Source: an uncultured Candidatus Saccharibacteria bacterium (GTDB lineage: Bacteria > Patescibacteriota > Saccharimonadia > UBA4664 > CAZJNH01). Taken from it: 39,954 nucleotides of DNA. Numbering within the stretch: position 1 is the first letter of the stretch; every line of letters begins with the position of its first letter. Under the pieces are notes generated by a model. It did no database searches, was not told the DNA's origin, and saw only the letters and a program-made list of their open reading frames with translations. Below are positions 7,626 to 17,572 of the stretch, piece after piece. The translations under genes were made by a program, and so were the position numbers. Location of the stretch: the NCBI GenBank assembly GCA_964547425.1, contig CAZJNH010000001.1, forward strand, positions 71,295-111,248, read 5' to 3'.

Positions 7626-10466
7626 TTAAGCTTTTTCGATGCCGATCGTCAGGTTTTGGCCATCAACAAGAACTTGTTTGGTTTCACCAGTAATCTGGTT
7701 CGACAGTGATTCAGCCAAAGTTTCGGATTTGATCAGGTCGGTATGGGCCAAAATGGCGGCAGAAATTCCGGAATCCATACTCGAGAGACTTAATTTAATC
7801 CGGTCATCCACTTTGAGATCAATTTCTTTGCGCAGCTGCTGAATATGGCGAATTATTTCTCTCGCCATGCCTTCTTGCTTAAGCTTCTGAGTAATTTTAG
7901 TGTTCAATGTGGCCTCAAACTCCCCCGTCCCCTTCTGTTTGGCTGATTTGACGTTCACCTCTTCGGCAATGATATTAACCAGCTGTTCAGGCAATTTTTG
8001 GGCCGCGGTAAACTCCAAATCGGCCAATGGCTGGCGAACTTTGATCTTGGCTTCCCCTCTTTGAGCCAGCCCTTCCTGCACTACCCTTCTTGCCAGATCC
8101 ATCTGCTCCAGTAAATCCTTTTCGAACTCCCCCCCCTCCGGCCAATCAGTGTAATGCACCGACTCGCTGGCCAGCTCTCGATACATTTTGTCGGCCATAA
8201 ACGGTGCCCAGGGCGCTAGCAACTGGCAGATTCTGGTCAATACAAACCACAGTGTCTGGTAAGCCTGCTCCTTGTCGCTGTCACTCTCACTTTTCCAGAA
8301 ACGGCGGCGGCTTCGGCGAACGTACCAGTTGGATAAGTCGTCGACCAGCTCCTGGATTTGCCGCAACGCTGCAGCAATTTGATACTTATCCGCCTGCTTA
8401 GTAACCTCCGAGATCGTTTGGTTCAACCGGGCTAGAATCCATTGGTCCAGCAAATTTTCCGAGTCTGGCTTCTGGCTGCTGGCCCCTGGATCCCAGTTAT
8501 CAATCTCCGCGTAAGTAGTAAAAAAGGAATAGGTGTTCCACAGCGTCAGAAAGACGTTGCGCTGAACGTCACGGATCGAATCCTGATCCAACCGGGTGGC
8601 TTCGGCGTACATCAACGGACTTGAAAGCAGGAAAAACCGGACACTATCCGCGCCGTACTTTTCAAACAACTCCTCGACCGGCGGGAAATTCTTTAATCTC
8701 TTGGAGAGTTTCCGCCCGTCCGCTGCCAGGATTAAACCGCTAGCCACAACGTCGGTATAGGCGGGTTTGTCAAATAATGCCACACCCAGCACATGCAAAG
8801 TGTAAAACCAGAGGTGGACTTGCTCGATAGCTTCAACGATAAAGTCGGCGGGAAATGAGGCTTCAAACTCTTCTTTGTTCTCGAATGGATAGTGGTCTTG
8901 GCCGTAAGGCATCGAGCCAGACTCAAACCAGCAGTCAAAAACTTCATCGATCCGCCTCGCCTCTTTACGGCATTCGGCACAGGTAACCTTTACCTCATCG
9001 ATGTCGGGCTTATGCAATTCCTTCACCGATCGGCCGGCGTTTTTTTCCAGCTCCGCTACGCTACCGAACACGGTGAAGTGTCCTTGATCGCAGCGCCAGA
9101 CCGGGATCGGCGTGCCCCAAAACCGGTTGCGGCTAATCGCCCAATCTTTGGCGCCCTCCAGCCACTTTACGAACCGGCCGGTTTTGACGTGGGCCGGTAC
9201 CCAATTGGTTTCTTTGCCCGCCTTCACCAGCTGATCCCGAATCTTCGTGACCTCCACAAACCAGGTCGAAATGGCGTAATAAAGGAGCGGCGTTTCGCAG
9301 CGCCAGCAAAACGGATAGGTGTGTGGTTCGTACTCCGCCGAAAAAACCAAATCGCGTTTAGTCAGGTCTTCGATAATCGTTTTATCGCCGTCTTTGAAAA
9401 ATTGTCCCTTGGCGATATCTTCGGTAATCTTGCCATTAGCGTCGACGGTGCTTAAAACCGGCAAGCCGTATTCCTGGCCGAAAGCCAAGTCGACTTCACC
9501 GAACGCAGGAGCGACGTGCAATATGCCGGTACCCTCTTCCAGACTGACTTCATTTGAGGCGTAAACCACGTAGGCCTTGGGCTCGTCGGTCGCCTTATAT
9601 AGCGGCTCGTACTTCAGCCCGACCAGTGCTTTACCCTTACGGGTAGATTCAACGTTAAATTCATGGCTTTTGAGGTCAAGTACTTCCAACCGATCTTTGG
9701 CCAAAATCAATCTGCCGTGGCCCTTAACCTCAACGGTCGCGTAGTCGGCTTCGGCCTGAACGGCCAGCGCCGCGTTTCCCGGCAAACTCCACGGCGTCGT
9801 GGTCCAAGCTAGCATATAAGCGTCTTCATCCTTGAGTTTGAACTTCACAAACAGACTGGGATCCATAACGTTATCTTGGTACCCGTCGTTCATCTCGAAG
9901 TTGGACAGAGGCGTGGCACAGCGCGGGCAGTAAGGCAGAGACTTAAACCCTTCGTAGACCAAACCTTTTTTGTAGACTTCCGAAAACACCCACCAGACGC
10001 TTTCCATATATTCCTGGTCTAGTGTGGCGTAGGTGTCGTCAAAGTCGGCCCAGCGCCCAATCCGGTGGTGCATCCGTTCAAAGTCGCCGCGGTGCTTAAA
10101 CACCACCGCCCGGCAAGCCTCGATAAACTTATCGATGCCGTGGTCGACAATGTCTTGTTTATTATTGAATCCCAAGTCTTTTTCGACCTGATACTCGACC
10201 GGTAAGCCGTGGGTGTCGTAGCCCAGCCGGCGCGGCACGTGGTAGCCCCGCATCGTTTTGTAGCGGGCGACGGCGTCTTTGATCGCTGCTTGCTCGATAT
10301 GACCGTAATGGGGCTCGCCGTTGGCAAAGGGAGGGCCGTCGTAAAACCGAAAGCGCTTGCTGCCTTTGCGCGACTCCAAACTTTTTTGGAACGCTTTTTC
10401 GCCGTCCCAAACCTTGAGCATTTCAGCTTCAAACTCCGGTAAATTTGGTTGTTCGGCTTTCTTCAT
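7626..10466 (-). CDS. ileS: Isoleucine--tRNA ligase (IleRS2 type)
   Basis: DGPPFANGEPHYGH, WTTTPWSLPGN, DWAISRNRFWGTP, KLSKR; C-terminus lacks the IleRS1 zinc finger. Confidence 0.97.
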   Translation of the reverse strand: MKKAEQPNLPEFEAEMLKVWDGEKAFQKSLESRKGSKRFRFYDGPPFANGEPHYGHIEQAAIKDAVARYKTMRGYHVPRRLGYDTHGLPVEYQVEKDLGFNNKQDIVDHGIDKFIEACRAVVFKHRGDFERMHHRIGRWADFDDTYATLDQEYMESVWWVFSEVYKKGLVYEGFKSLPYCPRCATPLSNFEMNDGYQDNVMDPSLFVKFKLKDEDAYMLAWTTTPWSLPGNAALAVQAEADYATVEVKGHGRLILAKDRLEVLDLKSHEFNVESTRKGKALVGLKYEPLYKATDEPKAYVVYASNEVSLEEGTGILHVAPAFGEVDLAFGQEYGLPVLSTVDANGKITEDIAKGQFFKDGDKTIIEDLTKRDLVFSAEYEPHTYPFCWRCETPLLYYAISTWFVEVTKIRDQLVKAGKETNWVPAHVKTGRFVKWLEGAKDWAISRNRFWGTPIPVWRCDQGHFTVFGSVAELEKNAGRSVKELHKPDIDEVKVTCAECRKEARRIDEVFDCWFESGSMPYGQDHYPFENKEEFEASFPADFIVEAIEQVHLWFYTLHVLGVALFDKPAYTDVVASGLILAADGRKLSKRLKNFPPVEELFEKYGADSVRFFLLSSPLMYAEATRLDQDSIRDVQRNVFLTLWNTYSFFTTYAEIDNWDPGASSQKPDSENLLDQWILARLNQTISEVTKQADKYQIAAALRQIQELVDDLSNWYVRRSRRRFWKSESDSDKEQAYQTLWFVLTRICQLLAPWAPFMADKMYRELASESVHYTDWPEGGEFEKDLLEQMDLARRVVQEGLAQRGEAKIKVRQPLADLEFTAAQKLPEQLVNIIAEEVNVKSAKQKGTGEFEATLNTKITQKLKQEGMAREIIRHIQQLRKEIDLKVDDRIKLSLSSMDSGISAAILAHTDLIKSETLAESLSNQITGETKQVLVDGQNLTIGIEKA
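8464..8491. repeat. Degenerate 7-nt tandem repeat inside ileS
   Basis: TCTGGCT TCTGGCT GCTGGCC CCTGGAT. Confidence 0.5.
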
Positions 10467-10481
10467 TAGATGTAAATTCTA

Positions 10482-10742
10482 TCAGCCAAAGATCCGAGCC
10501 GCTAGGATCTGGAGGGCTTGGAGCAAAAAGAAAGTTACTAGCGGCGAAAAGTCGATACCGCTACTCGACGGAAGCAGTTTGCGAACCGGCGCCAAAACCG
10601 GTTCGGTCAGCTCGAAGATCAGCCGGCTAAACCAGTTGGTAGAGCCGGGCATAATCCAGCTCATTAGCACCCGGGCGAGCAGCAAAAAGTTAAAGACCAG
10701 AACGAAAAGATTTATAAAAACGAGAATGACGACTGGACTCAT
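10482..10742 (-). CDS. yggT: YggT family membrane protein
   Basis: RVLMSW, LTEPVLAPVRK, GIDFSPLV; ATG 10742 overlaps the upstream TGA (ATGA). Confidence 0.92.
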   Translation of the reverse strand: MSPVVILVFINLFVLVFNFLLLARVLMSWIMPGSTNWFSRLIFELTEPVLAPVRKLLPSSSGIDFSPLVTFFLLQALQILAARIFG

Positions 10743-11002
10743 GTCCGGTGCGCCAGGTAGCTGACTTCGGTGACCAGCGGCAGTTCGTCTTGCCATTTGG
10801 CAACCATACTGCCATCGAGGCGGACTAAAACCAAAGCCGGATGGCTCATAACGTCATAAAGATCGCGCTGGCCAATCCCCTCGCGGCTTTCGAATTCGAT
10901 CAGCTTGGTATCAACTTTATTAATCTCCAGCTCTCTCATAAACTCTTTAACTTTGCGCTCCTCCGGCCCGTTGTCCGGCGTATAAAAAACATAAGCAGTC
11001 AT
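10739..11002 (-). CDS. Hypothetical protein, possible thioredoxin-like fold without CxxC
   Basis: 87 aa; YDVMSHPALVLVRLDG resembles the thioredoxin cis-Pro strand; TATACT 7 nt before ATG; coupled to yggT. Confidence 0.7.
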   Translation of the reverse strand: MTAYVFYTPDNGPEERKVKEFMRELEINKVDTKLIEFESREGIGQRDLYDVMSHPALVLVRLDGSMVAKWQDELPLVTEVSYLAHRT

Positions 11003-11010
11003 ATCAGCCA

Positions 11011-11045
11011 GTATAAGGTATGAGGTATTTGGTATGAAGTATCTA
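11011..11045. repeat. Degenerate 7-nt tandem repeat, 5 units
   Basis: GTATAAG GTATGAG GTATTTG GTATGAA GTATCTA. Confidence 0.65.
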
Positions 11046-11053
11046 AACGCGAA

Positions 11054-11083
11054 GAGGGCCCGGTCTTCAAAGACCGGGCCCTC
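11054..11083 (-). terminator. 13-bp perfect inverted repeat after nrdJ
   Basis: GAGGGCCCGGTCT-tcaa-AGACCGGGCCCTC. Confidence 0.7.
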
Positions 11084-11089
11084 ACGCAC

Positions 11090-13426
11090 TTATTGCGTTG
11101 CTACTGCCCCGACGGCCTGCGGGATCTCGCAGGATTCGGTGCTGCAGTACTTCTCGCCGGCTGCATCCCAGGCTCCGGGATCGTCGTACAGACGGTCCCA
11201 ATCGACCGCCTTGACGTTGTCCCAGGCCTCCTGAAAGACCTCAGGTTCCACCCGCTGATATGGCATCTGCGGGTAAACGCCCTCTTGGTCCGGCAGGAAG
11301 GACAGGGACTTGAGCCTTCCGTCCATCGCACGGATGACCGCGGGGATCTCCTTGGCTTCGGTGACGAGGTTGAAGCTGGCCGTGACCGAGACGGAGTTGT
11401 CGCTCCACCAGGTCTGGCACTGCTCCGCCAAGTGCACCTTCTCCCAAACAGAGACCTCGCGCTCCGGCCGGATGTCCGGACCCTTCGTCGGGCAAGAGAT
11501 CACCACGCCGAACTCAGGATTCTGCACGTTGGGCTCGACGTGGTAGCCGGCTTCTTGCATCGCCTTGACCACGGGGTGACCTTCGGTCTCCCGCACGGTC
11601 CGGATGTACTGGCCGCGCTCCTTCGGCCAGTGGCAGCCCGGCGTGACGCCGAAGAGCAGACTGACCGTACCCGACGGCTTGATGGTCGTGACCTTGATCG
11701 ATTCACGCACACCGAGCCACTCCGAGTAGATCTTGTCCCAACGCCGGATCTCCTTGTAGCCGGCGTCCTGCCACTGCTTGAGCTCGTGCCACCCGTGCTG
11801 CTCGACGAACATGGCGAGACCCGTCATCGAGGTGCCGATCCGCCGGTTGCGGATCATAACCTCGTTGGTCTCCTTCCAGTGTGTCATGAGCAGCGTAACC
11901 GTCTTGCCGTAGAGATACCCGAACTTCAGCGTCCGCATGTAGTCCTCGAAGCTGCGGCAGTTGGTGGGATACGTCTCCACCAACGTGCACAGCTCGTTGT
12001 GCTCCAGCGGCTGCTCACCGCACGGGTTCACTCCGGCGACACGGTAGTCCCGGTTGTCCGGCGGGTCGGCCAGCCGGCCGAACTGCTGGCACATGTCGAG
12101 CCAGTAGATCCCCGGCTCGCCGCTGACGGCGTTGAGCTCGCCCAAGTGGTCGAGCTTGGTACCGACCGTGACGCTGGCCGAGTTGTTCGACGTGTAGCCC
12201 CAACCGCCGTCCGGGTGCATCAGCCAGTTACCCTTCGGGTCGTCCGGGTCGACCTGCGGGAGACCATCCGGTCCGGGAACGTATCCCAACCGAACCGCGT
12301 TGACGAACGGGTTCTTGAGGTTGAGGAAGTCCTCGTCGTTCGGATCTCCCAGCGCGATCTCCGCCGAACTGCGGACGTTGGCCGCCACGACGCACTTGCC
12401 CTCCATGTTCATCTGATCGACGATGTCGGTGGAGGTCAGCTTCTCGCCGCTGCGGTAGTTGTACTTCGCCCGCATCCGCTCGTGAAGCTGGATGAGCGGG
12501 TCTGGTCCAGCAGCAGTACCGCCAAAACCGTTGATCGGCGTGCCGCGCTCACGGATCTCACTGTAGTCGAACCTTACCTCCCGCTGATCGGGGAGCAGGT
12601 ACGACCTGAGCAGCATGCCCGTCGACTCGATCCAGCCTTCACGGCTGTCGTCGACCACGACCGGCTCGTCCTTGTTGCTCACCGGCTGGTGAAGGGTCAG
12701 CGCACCCGCGCCCTTGGTGTCGAAACCGACACCGACGCCGAGCATACTCATCTCCATCAGCCGCATGAACGGGAAGGCCGGGTCACCGTCGCCGATGAAC
12801 GCCGTCGACAAGAAACCGCAGTTCTGCAGAGCACTGGAGTTGTGCAGTCCGTTCACGAAGAACGTGCCCATCATCCAAAACCCTCGACCCGGCGGGCTCC
12901 ACTTACCGCTGAACAAGCGCTCGAAGGCTTCTTCCGCCGAAGTGTGAGCCGTCTCCTCGTCCCACGGCAGGTTGTAGTGCACGGCGTGGTCCTTCTGGAT
13001 CGAGTACTCACCTTCGATCAGTCGCCGGCACCCCTCCCAGTAGCGCTCCTTGGTGCCGTCGACCTTCTTGCGCGAGTACTTGGTGAGCCAGTTGTACTCG
13101 CCAAGTGTGTTGCCTGCGCCCATCGGGAAGCCCCACCTCGGGATTCGATCCTTGTACTGCTCGACGAACTCGTCCTTCAGCCGGTACGAGAGGTAGTAGA
13201 ACTCCTCGTCACGCTCTCGGCTCTCTCCAGCCTGCGCCCGTTCCTTCGCGAACAGATGCAGTCCCGGGAGGAACGTCTTCGACGGGTCTTTCTTGTCGGC
13301 CTCGCTCTTGGTGCTCGCCCAACCGCCGGCACGAATGCCGCGCTTGGACAAGACTCGCTTGGCCCGACGCTTCGATGCCCTGCCGTTCGGCTTGGCGTCG
13401 ACTGGTGTTTCCAGAACATCGGTCAT
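11090..13426 (-). CDS. nrdJ: Class II (adenosylcobalamin-dependent) ribonucleotide reductase, monomeric RTPR-like
   Basis: PPGRG, LQNC, GVGVGFD, NPCGEQPL..ELCTL, RRIGTSMTG, TTIKPSGTVS, C-terminal YCSTESC; no small subunit gene nearby. Confidence 0.9.
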   Translation of the reverse strand: MTDVLETPVDAKPNGRASKRRAKRVLSKRGIRAGGWASTKSEADKKDPSKTFLPGLHLFAKERAQAGESRERDEEFYYLSYRLKDEFVEQYKDRIPRWGFPMGAGNTLGEYNWLTKYSRKKVDGTKERYWEGCRRLIEGEYSIQKDHAVHYNLPWDEETAHTSAEEAFERLFSGKWSPPGRGFWMMGTFFVNGLHNSSALQNCGFLSTAFIGDGDPAFPFMRLMEMSMLGVGVGFDTKGAGALTLHQPVSNKDEPVVVDDSREGWIESTGMLLRSYLLPDQREVRFDYSEIRERGTPINGFGGTAAGPDPLIQLHERMRAKYNYRSGEKLTSTDIVDQMNMEGKCVVAANVRSSAEIALGDPNDEDFLNLKNPFVNAVRLGYVPGPDGLPQVDPDDPKGNWLMHPDGGWGYTSNNSASVTVGTKLDHLGELNAVSGEPGIYWLDMCQQFGRLADPPDNRDYRVAGVNPCGEQPLEHNELCTLVETYPTNCRSFEDYMRTLKFGYLYGKTVTLLMTHWKETNEVMIRNRRIGTSMTGLAMFVEQHGWHELKQWQDAGYKEIRRWDKIYSEWLGVRESIKVTTIKPSGTVSLLFGVTPGCHWPKERGQYIRTVRETEGHPVVKAMQEAGYHVEPNVQNPEFGVVISCPTKGPDIRPEREVSVWEKVHLAEQCQTWWSDNSVSVTASFNLVTEAKEIPAVIRAMDGRLKSLSFLPDQEGVYPQMPYQRVEPEVFQEAWDNVKAVDWDRLYDDPGAWDAAGEKYCSTESCEIPQAVGAVATQ

Positions 13427-13536
13427 GTTCTCATTACCTTTCTCTCGAATCTTCGGTTGTCAAAGTCCCCCTAGCGATTTTTTTTGGCGCTAGCCCCATC
13501 CAACTTCCCTAAGCTGGATGAGGTAAGCAACAAAAA

Positions 13537-13992
13537 TTAAGCGGGGCGGTTTTTGAGCCGGGCTACCTCCGCTTCGAAACTGGCCAAGTCGGTAAAGCTG
13601 CGGTAAACGCTGGCAAACCGAACATAGGCCACGTCATCGATGGCCATTAACTTATTCATTACGAGTTCGCCGATACTGCTTGCTGCAACCTCGGCCTCCC
13701 CCTTGGCCCGTAACTCTCTTTCGATTTGGTCGACCACTTCTTCGATTAAGGCGACCGCCACCGGCCGTTTTTCGCAGGCTCGGTATATGCCTCCGGAAAT
13801 TTTTTCGCGGTCAAACAGTTCTCGCCGGCCATCCTTTTTGACTACCGCTAGTTTCGACCTTTCGGTTCGCTCATAGGTGGTAAAGCGGTAACCACAACGC
13901 AAGCACTGGCGGCGGCGGCGAATGCTTAAACCATCCGCGTCGCGGCTTTCGATGACCTTGCTGTCGATGTAGTCACATTCATGACACTTCAC
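13537..13992 (-). CDS. nrdR: Transcriptional repressor NrdR
   Basis: CxxC, RRRRQCLRCGYRFTTYE, ATP cone, VAYVRFASVY. Confidence 0.97.
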   Translation of the reverse strand: MKCHECDYIDSKVIESRDADGLSIRRRRQCLRCGYRFTTYERTERSKLAVVKKDGRRELFDREKISGGIYRACEKRPVAVALIEEVVDQIERELRAKGEAEVAASSIGELVMNKLMAIDDVAYVRFASVYRSFTDLASFEAEVARLKNRPA

Positions 13993-14001
13993 TTTTGCAT
14001 A

Positions 14002-14017
14002 CCCCCATATTTAGCGT
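14002..14017. promoter_or_regulatory. Putative NrdR box
   Basis: CCCCATATTTAGCG matches 10 of 14 positions of the core CACWATATATWGTG; lies just upstream of nrdR-nrdJ, below a TTGACA at 14054-14059. Confidence 0.5.
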
Positions 14018-14108
14018 AAGCGACTTACATCATAACGCTAATGGTCGAGGGGCTGTCAAGACTTTTTCGAGCGAAGCAAGAAAAATAAGATAAGAAATCG
14101 CGAAAACT

Positions 14109-14138
14109 AAAAAACTCCAGCGGGCGCCGGAGTTTTTT
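14109..14138 (-). terminator. Terminator after ftsZ
   Basis: AAAAAACTCC ... GGAGTTTTTT hairpin with flanking A/T tracts. Confidence 0.7.
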
Positions 14139-14143
14139 ATGAG

Positions 14144-15391
14144 TTAATCTACCTTCTTTCTAATAAACGCCGGGATGTCGATGTCATCTTCTTCTAGTCC
14201 GACTTCAGTCCAATCGGCGGCCTGCTCCACCTTTTCGTCTTTTGGATCACCCAGCGGTTTATCTTGGGTGGCATCAAACGGCTCCGGCTCAATACTCGCC
14301 ACCGGCTCCATAATCTCCTCTACTTCGGTCACCTCTTCGACGATTTCGGCCGGGCGTTCATTGATGAACGGGGTGCGGGTACCTGAGGCGTAGGAAGTAA
14401 AGCCGTACTGCGGCTGCTGGTGCTGTTCGATCTTTTTCTTGGACTCAAAACCAGTAGCAACAACCGTAATCTTAATTTCATCATCCAGAGTTTCGTCTAA
14501 GACGGCACCGAAGATAATGTTGGCATCGGGATCGACAGCGTCGGTGATGGTCTTGGCAGCCTGATCGATTTCGTGCATACCCATATTGCGGCCGCCGGTG
14601 ACGTTAAACAGCACACCTTTGGCGCCGTTAACTGAAATCTCTAGCAACGGCGAATCGATGGCCTGCTGAGCCGCTTCAACCGCCCGGTTCTCACCGCTTG
14701 AGCGGCCGATACCCATTAGGGCGGTGCCGGCGCCCTGCATAATGGCTTTGACGTCGGCGAAGTCGAGGTTGATTAAACCTTGGATCGTAATCAGATCGGA
14801 AATGCCCTGGACACCCTGGTGCAAGACGTCGTCGACGATCCCGAAGGCTTCAATAAGTGAAGTCTTGCGGTCGATCATCGCCAGCAGCCGGTCGTTTGGA
14901 ATCGTAATTAATGCGTCAACTTTGCCGCGCAGTTCGTCGATTGACTTGTCGGCTACCCGCTTACGCCGTTCGCCTTCAAACGTAAACGGCTTCGTGACGA
15001 TAGCAATTACCAATGCCCCGCTATCCCGCGCGGCCTGAGCGATTAACGGGCTGGCACCAGAACCGGTACCGCCGCCCTCTCCGGCCGTAATAAAGACCAT
15101 GTCGGCGCCTTTAAGAGATTCATAAATGTCAGCCTCACTCTCTTCGGCCGCCCTGCGCCCCACCTCTGGGTCAGCGCCAGCACCAAGCCCGCGAGTCGTA
15201 GTTTTACCAATATGGACCTTGCGCGGCGCGTGTGAATTGTGAAGAGCCTGGGCGTCGGTGTTAACCGCCACAAACTCCACTCCTTGCAATTTAGCTTTGA
15301 TCATTCGATTGACGGAAGCTGATCCGCCGCCGCCTACGCCCACCACTTTGATGCGGGCAAAGGTTTCGATCTCGGGCAGAATCTCTGCCAT
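14144..15391 (-). CDS. ftsZ: Cell division protein FtsZ
   Basis: GGGTGSG tubulin motif, [10 protein letters not shown]-terminal DIPAFIRK. Confidence 0.98.
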   Translation of the reverse strand: MAEILPEIETFARIKVVGVGGGGSASVNRMIKAKLQGVEFVAVNTDAQALHNSHAPRKVHIGKTTTRGLGAGADPEVGRRAAEESEADIYESLKGADMVFITAGEGGGTGSGASPLIAQAARDSGALVIAIVTKPFTFEGERRKRVADKSIDELRGKVDALITIPNDRLLAMIDRKTSLIEAFGIVDDVLHQGVQGISDLITIQGLINLDFADVKAIMQGAGTALMGIGRSSGENRAVEAAQQAIDSPLLEISVNGAKGVLFNVTGGRNMGMHEIDQAAKTITDAVDPDANIIFGAVLDETLDDEIKITVVATGFESKKKIEQHQQPQYGFTSYASGTRTPFINERPAEIVEEVTEVEEIMEPVASIEPEPFDATQDKPLGDPKDEKVEQAADWTEVGLEEDDIDIPAFIRKKVD

Positions 15392-15440
15392 AATCTGATT
15401 TTCTCCTTACCACAGTCCGCCTCAGGCGGATACAACAAGC

Positions 15441-15469
15441 AGTATATGCATACCATTTTTTTAATGCAA
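15441..15469 (-). promoter_or_regulatory. sigma70-like promoter of ftsZ
   Basis: TTGCAT-17 nt-TATACT; leader has hairpin TCCGCC-tga-GGCGGA and an AAGGAG SD. Confidence 0.55.
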
Positions 15470-15577
15470 ATTATTTGTTCGGGCAAATTAGCTCAAAAAA
15501 ACGCACACAAAAATTACTCGGAAATTACAAAAAATGCCTTCAAAGAGGCATTAAAGTTATTAATTCTTATGCTTATT

Positions 15578-16807
15578 TTAAGGCAATAAATTGCGTAAAG
15601 TTTTCTTAATTCGGTCTACGGTATGGCTGATTTTGGCATTGGCGTTACCCTCTATCGCGGTTGCCGTCATGTTCTCAAGCATCAGCCCAATCGCCGCGGT
15701 ATAGCCAGGTTCACTGACTTTTTCGGCTAAGCCTGAAAGCCCTTCTACTTTCCCGATTGCGACCGGCAGCTTGAGTGCTTCTTTAGCAAATTCGGTAATG
15801 CCTGCTAGCTTGGCGCCGCCGCCGGTGAGAACAACACCGCCAGGTAAAAGAGCGTCCTTGCCAATCTTTTTCAGCTCGGCTCTAACCAGTTCAAAAATCT
15901 CATCGAGCCGAGCGTTCACGATGTTGGCGAGATCCTTGCGCGGCACCAAGGCGTCCTCCCCGTCCAGTTCTTCGATCCTGATTTTGTCGTTGTTTGCGGC
16001 TTTACCGGCGTGAACGTATTTGAGTTTAATTTTCTCGGCGGTTTCGACCGAAGTCCTAAGTCCTATCGCGATGTCGTTTGTGATATGCCCCGCGCCAATG
16101 GGCAAAATACTGGAGTAAGCGATATCACCTTCCTCGAAAACGGCGATCCCGGTGGTGCCGGCGCCGATATCAAGCAGGGCGACGCCCAGCTCCTTCTGGC
16201 GTTTAGACAAAACGGCTCTGGCTGAAGCGATCGGTACCAGAACCTGACTGGCGATATCGATCCCGGCCTGGTAGATCGCCCGGTGCAAATTCTTCATCGC
16301 CGGAGTCGCCCCCGTCACGATGTGGGTTTCAACTTCTAGCCGAACGCCGTGCATGCCGACCGGATCGTGAATGCCGGTTTGGTCATCAACGGTATAATTG
16401 CGCGGAAACACTTGCAGGATTTCGCGGTTCTGGGGCAAATTCAAGGCCGTTGCCGCCTCCTCCGCCCGGTGTAAATCTTCGACACTGATTTCCTGGTCTG
16501 CCCGGCCAACAGCAATTACGCCCTTAGAGTTTTGGCTCCCGACGTGCCCGCCGTCGATACTGATCGTGGCACGGTCGATCACCACTCCGGAAATCCGCTC
16601 GGCTTCGTCAACCGCCGCCGTAATTGAGCTGACGGTTTCCTCTACATCGGTCACAATCCCTTTACGCAAACCCGTGCTCGGCGCGACGCCCACTCCGATA
16701 ATACTCGGCTTGGCGGCGCCTTCCTCGGCGATACCGACGATGCAAGTCACCTTGCTCGAACCGATGTCGAGACCAATATACGCTTGTTCCGGTTGTGCTT
16801 TAGCCAT
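15578..16807 (-). CDS. ftsA: Cell division protein FtsA
   Basis: GLDIGSSKV, LLDIGAGTT, VVLTGGGAKL, C-terminal amphipathic helix. Confidence 0.97.
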   Translation of the reverse strand: MAKAQPEQAYIGLDIGSSKVTCIVGIAEEGAAKPSIIGVGVAPSTGLRKGIVTDVEETVSSITAAVDEAERISGVVIDRATISIDGGHVGSQNSKGVIAVGRADQEISVEDLHRAEEAATALNLPQNREILQVFPRNYTVDDQTGIHDPVGMHGVRLEVETHIVTGATPAMKNLHRAIYQAGIDIASQVLVPIASARAVLSKRQKELGVALLDIGAGTTGIAVFEEGDIAYSSILPIGAGHITNDIAIGLRTSVETAEKIKLKYVHAGKAANNDKIRIEELDGEDALVPRKDLANIVNARLDEIFELVRAELKKIGKDALLPGGVVLTGGGAKLAGITEFAKEALKLPVAIGKVEGLSGLAEKVSEPGYTAAIGLMLENMTATAIEGNANAKISHTVDRIKKTLRNLLP

Positions 16808-16819
16808 GGCTAGAGATCA

Positions 16820-17572
16820 TTATACTCGTTTAGTTAAGATTTCTGATCCGGATTCGGTGACCAGAACCGTGTGTTCAAACTGCGCCGCCAAGCTGTGGTC
16901 GGCGGTTACAACCGTCCAGCCGTCTGCATCGATCTCCATTTTGCCGCTGCCCAGGCATGCCATCGGTTCAATCGCGATCGTCATCCCGGCCACCAACTTT
17001 GGCCCGGTGCCGGCTTGTCCAACATTGGCGACTTCTGGGTCCTCATGCAGCTCACGCCCAACCCCGTGACCGCTTAGCCTTTCAACCGGCCGTAAGCCAG
17101 ATGCCGCCAAAGATTGCTCGATTACAGCGGAAATGTCACCAACCTTGGCGCCAGCACGAACCTGGGCGATAGCCAAGCTCAAGGCATCCTCGGTCGATGA
17201 GAGCAGCTTCCTCGCTTCGGCGGAAACCTCTCCCACCGGTACCGTGACTGCGCCGTCAACGATCATTGCGTCAAGTTTTACGCCAAAATCGAGCCCAACT
17301 AAATCGCCTTCCTTAATAACGCGTCCGCCCGGAATCCCATGAACCACTTGATCATTAATCGACACGCAAATCGTTGCCGGAAAGCCCTCATGACCCAAAA
17401 AAGCGGCCTCCCCGCCGCGTTGTTCCAGTTGCTGCCGCGCCAGGCTATCGATCTTCTGCGTAGTCATCCCCGGTCTTAACTCGCCGGATAAATACCCCAA
17501 AACTTCCGCCAAAATCCGCCCGCCCTTACGCATCGCCTCAATTTCGGCTGGAGTCTTAACTAAGCCAGTCAC
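16820..17572 (-). CDS. map: Methionine aminopeptidase, type I
   Basis: SINDQVVHGIP, GHGVG..LHEDP, AIEPM, AAQFEHT. Confidence 0.96.
   Translation of the reverse strand: MTGLVKTPAEIEAMRKGGRILAEVLGYLSGELRPGMTTQKIDSLARQQLEQRGGEAAFLGHEGFPATICVSINDQVVHGIPGGRVIKEGDLVGLDFGVKLDAMIVDGAVTVPVGEVSAEARKLLSSTEDALSLAIAQVRAGAKVGDISAVIEQSLAASGLRPVERLSGHGVGRELHEDPEVANVGQAGTGPKLVAGMTIAIEPMACLGSGKMEIDADGWTVVTADHSLAAQFEHTVLVTESGSEILTKRV

Noticed and set aside
11011-11045. CRISPR array or iterons
   Set aside because: Units are 7 nt with no spacers, and no cas or rep gene is present.
11093-13474. 793-aa antisense ORF over nrdJ
   Set aside because: It mirrors the nrdJ codon frame and is expected from extreme GC3 bias; no motifs or start signals.
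13427-13536. Cobalamin riboswitch before nrdJ
   Set aside because: AGGGAA is present, but the following GGUG..AAUCC and GCnACUG elements are missing and the spacer is short.
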